This document shows positions 56,991-64,000 of a stretch of 64,000 nt of DNA, in pieces. The number at the start of each line of letters is the position of its first letter. Position 1 is the first letter of the stretch. The notes below the pieces were generated by a model. The model was not told the DNA's origin, searched no databases, and saw nothing but the letters and a program-made list of their open reading frames with translations. The DNA comes from a virus, in the IMG/VR virus record IMGVR_UViG_3300027754_003435; one strand, given 5' to 3'. The position numbers and the translations under genes were made by a program.

Positions 56991-58010
56991 TTATTTTAAA
57001 CCTGCTAATTTGCGTAAACGAGTTGCCATAACATCACCTTCATTCAAAATATTACGTGAAGGACGTGTACTTGCAATTGGTTTAGATGCAAAAGATTCTT
57101 TGATTTGTTTTGTAGTACCTTTTGCTGTTTTTAATGCTTCCGAAAGTGTTGCGAATACTAACTTGACTTCACGAAGACTTGCTGCGCGGTCAAAGTTTTC
57201 AATTACTGTCATCTTTTGGCTTTCAGATAAAGAATGTTTTCTGAAAAGTTTGTTTGAGAACAATAACTTAGAATTTAGTAAATTAACCTCATTGATTTTT
57301 GAGCGAAGGAATTGAATAACTGCATAAGCTTCACGAAGTTTAGCTTCTGCAACTTTTTCTTCTTCTTTTTCTTCTTCTTCCATTGCTGGTTCTTCGTCTT
57401 CTTCTTCACGAAGAGCACGTAAAACTTCTTTGATGTCAACTTCTTCTTCTTCTGCTTCTTCAATAGGAGCTTCTGCTTCTTCTTCTTCACGAAGAGCGCG
57501 TAAAATCTCTTGGATTTCAGCAACTTCTTCTGTTTCTTCGTCTTCTTCTTCCACTAATTGAACCAACTTTTCTCCTTTCATTTGTGTTGATGCAGATGAT
57601 GCTTTTGGAGCTGGTTTTTTATTGTCACCACCACCGATGTCAGACGATACTAAATCTTCTTCAAGTTGACGGATTATTTCCATCAAATCTTCGTCCATTG
57701 GTTCTTCTTCATCTTCTGCTTCTTCCATTGCTGGTTCTTCTTCTTCTGCTTCTTCCATTGCTGGTTCTTCAGTTTCTTCATCGCCTTCTTCCATTGCTGG
57801 TTCTTCTTCTTCGTCTGCTTCATTGTAGAAACCGTATTCTTCAACAGGTTCTTCTGTTTCTTCGGCTTCTGCTTCTTCAGAAAGTTTCTTAGAAAGCATA
57901 GACTGTAGACGAGGTGTGAACGCCTCTTCCAAAGCGAGTTTTGCGTTTGCAAGTGCTACTTCCTTAACGGCTTTAGCATCTGCGATTGCTTCTTTCAGTA
58001 AATCATTCAT
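56991..58010 (-). CDS. Prohead scaffold/core protein (T4 gp22-like)
   Basis: Very acidic, directly upstream of MCP; start 58010 after GGAG. Confidence 0.8.
   Translation of the reverse strand: MNDLLKEAIADAKAVKEVALANAKLALEEAFTPRLQSMLSKKLSEEAEAEETEEPVEEYGFYNEADEEEEPAMEEGDEETEEPAMEEAEEEEPAMEEAEDEEEPMDEDLMEIIRQLEEDLVSSDIGGGDNKKPAPKASSASTQMKGEKLVQLVEEEDEETEEVAEIQEILRALREEEEAEAPIEEAEEEEVDIKEVLRALREEEDEEPAMEEEEKEEEKVAEAKLREAYAVIQFLRSKINEVNLLNSKLLFSNKLFRKHSLSESQKMTVIENFDRAASLREVKLVFATLSEALKTAKGTTKQIKESFASKPIASTRPSRNILNEGDVMATRLRKLAGLK
57378..57806. repeat. Four copies of the 18-nt unit TTCCATTGCTGGTTCTTC (EEPAMEE) within the scaffold gene
   Basis: Copies start near 57378, 57723, 57753 and 57789. 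Confidence 0.85.
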
Positions 58011-58138
58011 TAAAATCTCCAACTATTCTAGCGTTATTGTTAACGTCTAATTAATATAAAAATAGTATATGCCCCTATACGTTGAAGATATTGTTTAATT
58101 CTTCATAGGGTATTATATTAAATAAGTATGGTGTATTA

Positions 58139-58276
58139 TTATTTTTTTATTTTTTTTGTAATTTTTTTTTCATCGGATGGGATACCAAGAATAGAACTAA
58201 CATCAGAATCCGTATATATGAATCGTATGTCTCTGTCTTTAGTATCGATTTTCTTTTCTTTTTTTTCATCAGCCAT
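58139..58276 (-). CDS. Small 45-aa basic ORF (MADEKKEKKIDTKDRDIRFIYTDSDVSSILGIPSDEKKITKKIKK)
   Basis: Hand-translated; GGAG 7 nt upstream; overlaps the ART stop codon. Confidence 0.45.
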   Translation of the reverse strand: MADEKKEKKIDTKDRDIRFIYTDSDVSSILGIPSDEKKITKKIKK

Positions 58277-59282
58277 TGTTTTGCTCCACTAATACTTTAT
58301 AAATATTGCGGGTTTCGTTATATCCGTGGATTGTAAATTTACAATTTCTCGGTAGGGTAATTTCTGTTTCGTGACAGTAATCATTTATTTTACATGGTAA
58401 TGTTAGTACAGATGAACCGGCTGGAATTAACATTTCAATAAGCGGTAATCTTTTTTCGTTCATACCTTCAGCAACCAATGGGTTTAATGAAGTTGAAACA
58501 TATCCATTATCAATCCAAGTACCAGCACTCAATAGTTTTTGTAAAACATCATCATTTTCAACAGTTCTATACAACACTATATTAAAATCCAATCGTTGTA
58601 ATTCTTCTCTGAATGCAAAGTCTAAATTATAAACCGTCATTCCTTGCATCGCATTCATATATTCTGGCATACGTGTATCATCTTTTTTAGGTTTGCCCAT
58701 TTTAAGTTGTTGGCGTATTTCTTTTTCAGAATCTAATTCAATTTGGGAACGAACTAATTCATTTATATCTTTAGTATTTTTATAGTAATATTGTAACGCT
58801 ATTATAGTTTCGTTATTCAATACTTTTTTACTAATCAAATTACTTTTAGTAATCGCTATTGCTTGTACCTTTTTTGCTATCTTCTTTAATGTTGATTTTG
58901 CTTCTTCATCATCTTTCTTAGAAATGTTTAAATCATACGCATCTAAAATTTCTTCGTAATCATAACTTAAAAGTTTTTCTTGTGATTGTGGTGATATTGA
59001 TGTAGATTTCTTTTTCCAACTATCCGCTTCTACTGGACTTACTAAATCAACGGTTTTTAATCCAGTTGGTGTTTCTTCCTCTGATTTATCTTCCTTTTTT
59101 TCTTTATCTTCACCGCCTTCTTCAGCAGGTTCTTCTTCTGGCTTTTCTTCTTCTTTTGGCGTGGGTTCTTCTGCTGCAGGTGCTTCATCCTCTCCTTCTA
59201 TTAAATAAGAAGAATTAGTCATATCTTCAATGATTTTCCGTATTTCTTCACGAATAATTTCTTCGATATAATGCGAGGTCAT
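58269..59282 (-). CDS. ADP-ribosyltransferase (VIP2/T4 Alt-like R-S-E class) with acidic N-terminal region
   Basis: VLYR, GYVSTS, HETEITLPRN (E-x-E). Confidence 0.75.
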   Translation of the reverse strand: MTSHYIEEIIREEIRKIIEDMTNSSYLIEGEDEAPAAEEPTPKEEEKPEEEPAEEGGEDKEKKEDKSEEETPTGLKTVDLVSPVEADSWKKKSTSISPQSQEKLLSYDYEEILDAYDLNISKKDDEEAKSTLKKIAKKVQAIAITKSNLISKKVLNNETIIALQYYYKNTKDINELVRSQIELDSEKEIRQQLKMGKPKKDDTRMPEYMNAMQGMTVYNLDFAFREELQRLDFNIVLYRTVENDDVLQKLLSAGTWIDNGYVSTSLNPLVAEGMNEKRLPLIEMLIPAGSSVLTLPCKINDYCHETEITLPRNCKFTIHGYNETRNIYKVLVEQNNG

Positions 59283-59301
59283 TAAAAATACTCCTGCTAT
59301 G

Positions 59302-59529
59302 TTAGATATTTTCTACGTCTAATTTTCGCTGTCTTCTAATAGCAGCGTTTCTTTTTTCAGCTTTTTTCTTTGATGGTTTAATATATTCCATACGATTTTT
59401 ATATTCTTCAAGAATACCTGCTTCTTTTACTTTACGTTTGAATATTTTAATCATAACATCAACCGGCATACCTGTATTTTTTACTTTTACATGAGCCGAA
59501 TTAGAGTGTGTATATACTCTATCATTCAT
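59302..59529 (-). CDS. rpsU: Phage-encoded ribosomal protein bS21
   Basis: VKVK...VDVMIKIFKRKVKEAGILEEYKNRMEYIKPSKKKAEKRNAAIRR fits the bS21 pattern (FKR..K.G...E...R..Y.KPS). Confidence 0.88.
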   Translation of the reverse strand: MNDRVYTHSNSAHVKVKNTGMPVDVMIKIFKRKVKEAGILEEYKNRMEYIKPSKKKAEKRNAAIRRQRKLDVENI

Positions 59530-59541
59530 AACTTTCTTTCC

Positions 59542-60153
59542 TTATTGTTTATTAATCTCTTTTATCTCATAGAATTTACTGAGATTTTTACCTATATTCT
59601 CGTAAATTGATTCCAAAGTTCTTTGTAGTTTTACAATCTTTTGTGTTGTTTGTTCAAAAACTTTCACAGATTCTTTTAACTGCTTTGAACTTCTTCTATG
59701 AGAAACACCTTCAAACCAATCACCAGATTCTTCAACCATATTTTTACTTGCGAATTCAACCATTCTTTTAATTTCAGACACAACTTCTGGTAGTTGTTTT
59801 GAACGATGAACTACTGCACGATATTCATTGTATCTACCGATTGATTCTATATACATTCTTTTTTGTTCTGATGTAAGAACTTTTGTACTAAATCTCTCTT
59901 TCATTACTTCTTGAACAGCATCGGCAACTAATTGATTTAATTCTTCTTTTGTTAATGTTGTTTTACTTTCACCAACTTTTTTTGGAAGCCCTTTGTGTTT
60001 TGTTGCTGCAAACTTTTCAATATCTTTCTCAGTCATTGATTTTGCAAGTTGTTCAATAGATTTATTAACTTTTGAAGCAGGAATTTGACCACGTTTAACT
60101 GCTAAAGCAAGTCCCATTAATTTTTGTTGTTTTTGTGAAAGTGCGGGCATCAT
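59542..60153 (-). CDS. Protein with N-terminal DUF3008-like domain plus helical C-terminal domain
   Basis: MPALSQKQQKLMGLALAVKRG...SMTEKDIEKFAATKHKGLP resembles DUF3008. Confidence 0.6.
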   Translation of the reverse strand: MMPALSQKQQKLMGLALAVKRGQIPASKVNKSIEQLAKSMTEKDIEKFAATKHKGLPKKVGESKTTLTKEELNQLVADAVQEVMKERFSTKVLTSEQKRMYIESIGRYNEYRAVVHRSKQLPEVVSEIKRMVEFASKNMVEESGDWFEGVSHRRSSKQLKESVKVFEQTTQKIVKLQRTLESIYENIGKNLSKFYEIKEINKQ

Positions 60154-60812
60154 TTATCTCCAAATATACATTCACAAATATTTCCAATTTCACAAATAAT
60201 ATTTGTAATATTGTTGTTAATACGTTGAATTTTAGGATCAATCTTAGAAATAGTTTCTAAACTAACACCCTCCCTAATCAAACCTTCGTTCTGATGACCA
60301 TCTGCATACATGAATGCACCTTGTGTGGATGGATTCGATACAAAGTCCCAACCTATTAATTCAAAGTCCTCTTGTACTTCAACTGTATTCTCACTTATTT
60401 CTTCAACCGAACCTAAACCACGAGAAGAAATACCAAGGCGAATTCCTGCACCAAGCAGTTGTTTTAGAATGTTACCAGATGGGGTTGGGAGTATCTCTAC
60501 TGTACCAATTACATCATTGCCTTTCCAATCTACACTCAATACATTATGAGAAACATTTCTTAAATTAATAACAGAAGAATCTGGATGATCTAACTCACCC
60601 AACGCTCTATTTTCTTTAATATTTGTTTCAGCATATTTTTTTACTTCACGCATTAAAATCTTTTTTGGGTAAACTCTACCATTTTGATTTTTTACTTCTG
60701 CTCTTTGTAAAACACCCGAAACTATAACTTTACCATCGTTTTTCTTTTCAGATTCTGCAATCATTCTTGGACTTGCACTAAATAGTATAGTATCTACGAG
60801 TAATTGTTTCAT
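60150..60812 (-). CDS. Prohead core protease (T4 gp21-like)
   Basis: NQNGRVYP, GELDHP, VSH, GISSRGLGS, DFVSNPS. Start 60812 after AGGTG. Confidence 0.95.
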   Translation of the reverse strand: MKQLLVDTILFSASPRMIAESEKKNDGKVIVSGVLQRAEVKNQNGRVYPKKILMREVKKYAETNIKENRALGELDHPDSSVINLRNVSHNVLSVDWKGNDVIGTVEILPTPSGNILKQLLGAGIRLGISSRGLGSVEEISENTVEVQEDFELIGWDFVSNPSTQGAFMYADGHQNEGLIREGVSLETISKIDPKIQRINNNITNIICEIGNICECIFGDK

Positions 60813-60813
60813 T

Positions 60814-61311
60814 TTAAGCACCTAATTCGTGTATTTTTTTACTAATTCTATTAATTCGTTCTGATATTTTTACAAGACGATTACGTGATTCTCCCCAAAG
60901 AGTTCTTTGATCAACCGCCATTTCTGTTTTTAATCGTGAAGCATGTTCTACTACTTTCTCAACTTCATACATAATTCTATTTATACTTTTAATAGAATCA
61001 TTTATTTTTCTGTTTGTAGTTCTTGTTTCATCTTTACGGAATTCTTTATATGACGCTTCGTTCAACGCACCCATTGCTTGAACATAGGTAGATTCATAAT
61101 TTCTTTTTTTAGTTTTTGGAACAAGTTTATATCCGTAAACTTCCGCAGTTTCTTTATTGTGTTCTTCAAAATCATCTTCATTAGCAGCAAATGCCTTTGG
61201 AGTTTCATATCCAGCCACCATACCGGTTACACTAATTTCATCAAGTTCTTCCTGAAACTGTTTGAATTCTTCGGACTCTTTTATTTTATGTATGAAAGTG
61301 TTTACATTCAT
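60814..61311 (-). CDS. Hypothetical head-region protein
   Basis: LDEIS.TG.V.GY.TP.AF, ALNEASY; lies between portal and protease. Confidence 0.65.
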   Translation of the reverse strand: MNVNTFIHKIKESEEFKQFQEELDEISVTGMVAGYETPKAFAANEDDFEEHNKETAEVYGYKLVPKTKKRNYESTYVQAMGALNEASYKEFRKDETRTTNRKINDSIKSINRIMYEVEKVVEHASRLKTEMAVDQRTLWGESRNRLVKISERINRISKKIHELGA

Positions 61312-61315
61312 GTGA

Positions 61316-61636
61316 TTACCTAATCACTTGATTACGAACTAATGCGTATACAGTACCACTATCTACCGTAACACTACTCAATGATAGTTCATGAGCAGTT
61401 TGTGTTGTTGCTAGTGTAGCAAGTGCTACTGTTCCACCACCAGATAGAGATGCAGTTCCCGTAGTACTAGTTGCTACAATAACCCCACCAACGCCAAAAT
61501 TAGAGCCAGTAAATGCAGTTGAACCAGTTGTACAAGTAATTGATTTAAACCATTTTCCTGGATTACCAAATCTTTCAAAATCAGATGCTTGTGAAGCAGG
61601 AAAATTATAAGGATGTATTTCGTTTATGCCTGGCAT
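61316..61636 (-). CDS. Small beta-rich (Thr/Gly/Ser) hypothetical protein
   Basis: 106-aa ORF translationally coupled to the upstream gene. Confidence 0.6.
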   Translation of the reverse strand: MPGINEIHPYNFPASQASDFERFGNPGKWFKSITCTTGSTAFTGSNFGVGGVIVATSTTGTASLSGGGTVALATLATTQTAHELSLSSVTVDSGTVYALVRNQVIR

Positions 61637-62478
61637 TATTTACTCCATGATAAATCGTCTATTAAACTGTAATAACGAAGAAGTGCAGATATATGGTTTT
61701 CTTCTACTTTCTTAATTGTTTTGTATTCATCTAAAAGGTTTATCACTTCTGTTAATTTTATCTTTAGTGATTTATCTTTTACTTTATTTATGTTTTTAGC
61801 AAATATTTTCTTTATACAAATAGCTTCAGTTTGTAGTAAAGACTTTAAATTGTTTGTATTACTAACATTTCCCATATATTCCCGCAAAAGAACTTTTTGT
61901 GATTCACTCAAATCACCATATTTTTTGTTGAATTTCTCAACCAAATATGAGTAAGCAAGTAAGCGAATTTCTTTTGGTTCATTGACAATAGACAGATCGT
62001 CAGATATAAGTTTTTCTTTATTGTTTGATGTTATGTTTTCAAGTATTGTTATGCGATATTTAGTAAATTCAATTGGGTTATCAAATTCATTATTTTCAAA
62101 TACCTGATAGATTGAAGCAAGTAATTTATAGTTTTGAACTTTTGTTTGAAAAAATGCATCAATATCAAAATTCTCTTTAATAGTTTTAATCAATTGATAT
62201 TTTTCTTCACTCAATTTCTTTTTATTTAACCCACGTCTTGCTCTTAAAGCAGCATCTATAAGCATACCTGCCTTATTTTCTGATTTTAATCTTTCATCGC
62301 AAAGTGTTTTATATAACTTATATTCTTTTATAAGTTCAGTATGTCTGTTGAAATACTTCTTCAAAATCTGTATCGCTATTGATTCATTTGAAGAAATAAT
62401 ATCGGATGTTATTTGACGAGTTAATAGTTCAAATAACATCGCGGTATTTTTAAACTTTGAATGTTTTATTTTTTTCAT
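61636..62478 (-). CDS. Conserved hypothetical protein downstream of portal
   Basis: KHSKFKNT..LFELL.RQIT; AGGT upstream. Confidence 0.7.
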   Translation of the reverse strand: MKKIKHSKFKNTAMLFELLTRQITSDIISSNESIAIQILKKYFNRHTELIKEYKLYKTLCDERLKSENKAGMLIDAALRARRGLNKKKLSEEKYQLIKTIKENFDIDAFFQTKVQNYKLLASIYQVFENNEFDNPIEFTKYRITILENITSNNKEKLISDDLSIVNEPKEIRLLAYSYLVEKFNKKYGDLSESQKVLLREYMGNVSNTNNLKSLLQTEAICIKKIFAKNINKVKDKSLKIKLTEVINLLDEYKTIKKVEENHISALLRYYSLIDDLSWSK

Positions 62479-62512
62479 TTTTACTTATACCTAATAAATG
62501 TACACTTCATAT

Positions 62513-62520
62513 AATAAATA
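62513..62520 (-). promoter_or_regulatory. Putative late promoter variant TATTTATT
   Basis: About 34 nt upstream of 62478. Confidence 0.35.
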
Positions 62521-62529
62521 TAACAAAAA

Positions 62530-63999
62530 TCATAATTCATCTAATAAATTATTTTCATTCAACATATCTGGCTCAATTTCCTCTTTAACAGTTGGTTTAA
62601 GACTTTCCGAAATGATTTTTTTAGTCTTTATTTTTATTCCAGACATACTATTAATTAAATTTCCAAGGTCTTTATTTTCTAAAGAAAGTGGAGAACCAGA
62701 TTTATTCTCTGGTCTTATAGTTTTTGTTCTTGATAATGTTCTACCTAAATCTTTACTACCGATTGGATCTCTTCCCATTGGATGATTATCCGTTGCATAA
62801 TTTAGATTTTTAGCAGGTCTACCAGCACCTGGCCATCCACCATCTGGAACTTCTACGTCATTTATTAATTTTCCACCACCTTTAATTTGCATACTAGCAA
62901 TATCGTGTGGTGTACCAAACGATTCTTTCGTTATAGCTGGATCATTTCCTTCACTTTCAATTTGTTTCTGACGGAAAGCATGTTTAATATCTTCGAGAAC
63001 TTCATTTTTTTCAAATTCTGCCTCATCTTCCGAAAGATTGAATATGTTTGCATAAATATATTTCATTGAGAATAACTTCTTTTCAATTAAAGAACCGGCT
63101 AAATCAACACGTTCTTTCATTAAAGCAACTTTTTCTTGTTCGTATATAATAGAAGGACCAGTTAAATTTAATTCAAAGTTTACCAAATCTGCATTCTCAT
63201 AACCTTGTGCATACAAATGGACAATCGCAATCTTGGTTAATTCAGAAACAACAATTCTTTGTATTCTTTCAATTGTTCTTGCAAAACGAATATCTAATGC
63301 GGCAAGTGTTGCTTTACCTTCCGCTTTTTCATCATATCCCAAAAACGGCTTTGGTACTTTAAGAGCAGCAAATAGTTTACTTTTAAGGTATTCCACATCC
63401 TCAATTGCTTGATATTGTAAACCAGCAAGAGTTTCAATAGAAGTACCAGATTGTCCACCACGAACTGGTAAGTAAAAATCTTCTAATAAGTTTTGCATAT
63501 TGAAACGTAAATTATAATCACCAGTTTGCTCATTCATAACCGGAGTTTTCTTCATACGATTCATAATGTTTTGCATATATTGATCAACTTCAGCGGGTGG
63601 AATATTACCAATATCAACTTTGAATATACGTTTCTCAGGAGCTCTCATAATTCTATGAATTAACATAGCGTCTTCCATAAGAACTAATTGTTTATACAAT
63701 TTTCTTCCACCTTCAATCATTGATTTACCATACGGAAGATAATTTGTATCACCGAGTAAACGAAAATGAGCTATTTCATAATTTTGAAATTCACCCTTTC
63801 CAAGTGGACCCTCATATATAAACTTAGTCATGTAAATATGTTCTGGATCTGTTCCTTCTTCACGTTGCATTTCATATGGAGAAAAAGGAACAACGTTAGT
63901 TACACCCAATTCATCTTTTACGTCCAAATACAAATAAAAATCCCCATACTTAACTAAATTACGAACCCATGGCCATAAGTTATATTCTATATTCAAAAC
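62530..63999 (-). CDS. Portal protein (T4 gp20-like), 5'-truncated by window edge
   Basis: EDAMLIHRIMRAPEKRIFKVDIGN.P, EDFYLPVRG, I.TL.G, F...LKVP, IRF.R.I.RIQ. Confidence 0.96.
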   Translation of the reverse strand, partial: VLNIEYNLWPWVRNLVKYGDFYLYLDVKDELGVTNVVPFSPYEMQREEGTDPEHIYMTKFIYEGPLGKGEFQNYEIAHFRLLGDTNYLPYGKSMIEGGRKLYKQLVLMEDAMLIHRIMRAPEKRIFKVDIGNIPPAEVDQYMQNIMNRMKKTPVMNEQTGDYNLRFNMQNLLEDFYLPVRGGQSGTSIETLAGLQYQAIEDVEYLKSKLFAALKVPKPFLGYDEKAEGKATLAALDIRFARTIERIQRIVVSELTKIAIVHLYAQGYENADLVNFELNLTGPSIIYEQEKVALMKERVDLAGSLIEKKLFSMKYIYANIFNLSEDEAEFEKNEVLEDIKHAFRQKQIESEGNDPAITKESFGTPHDIASMQIKGGGKLINDVEVPDGGWPGAGRPAKNLNYATDNHPMGRDPIGSKDLGRTLSRTKTIRPENKSGSPLSLENKDLGNLINSMSGIKIKTKKIISESLKPTVKEEIEPDMLNENNLLDEL

Positions 64000-64000
64000 A

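Noticed and set aside
1-64000. All plus-strand ORFs in the track and the short minus-strand ORFs nested in other frames (e.g. 39628..40194, 41047..41829, 54626..55225, 57275..57952)
   Set aside because: They are antisense or alternate-frame shadows of well-supported minus-strand genes; many derive from low-complexity coding sequence and show no family motifs.
1-64000. Stop-codon reassignment, as in some large Bacteroidota phages
   Set aside because: Genes are full length under code 11, and TAA, TGA (metK, chaperone) and TAG (major capsid, Hc1-like) all serve as stops.
1-64000. tRNA/ncRNA genes, introns, inteins, homing endonucleases, transposases
   Set aside because: No cloverleaf seen by eye in the few gaps over 100 nt. 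PolB, NrdJ, helicase, RecA, MCP and portal have normal lengths, with no intein or HNH/GIY-YIG/LAGLIDADG motifs. tRNAscan was not run.

Overview
This 64-kb, AT-rich window is a colinear piece of a large T4-like myovirus (jumbo-phage-type) genome. Every credible gene is on the minus strand and reads in genetic code 11. In transcription order (right to left) it carries: head genes (partial portal, prohead protease, scaffold, major capsid) with a ribosomal protein bS21 and an Alt-like ADP-ribosyltransferase embedded among them; PhoH; neck, sheath, tube, tail chaperone (with a probable +1/-2 frameshift extension), tape measure and baseplate genes, including a 2228-aa protein with about 16 tandem 44-45-aa repeats; a degenerate family-A polymerase; ssDNA-binding protein, RecA/UvsX, 5'-3' exonuclease and helicase; an aminoacyl-tRNA-protein-transferase-like gene; a class II RNR; and a replication block (PolB, clamp, clamp loaders) interleaved with two SPPY methyltransferases, DUF1599 and SAM synthetase. 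TAnnTTTG promoters and an Hc1-like protein point to a Bacteroidota/FCB host, yet most genes carry Shine-Dalgarno motifs. The strongest candidate for an undescribed system is a tightly coupled operon: thioredoxin, an atypical thymidylate-synthase-fold enzyme with a dCMP-type Asp, an AsnB-like amidotransferase, a fold-type-II PLP enzyme and dUTPase. It looks like a pyrimidine (probably cytosine) hypermodification pathway. All family assignments come from motif recognition by eye; no database searches were run.
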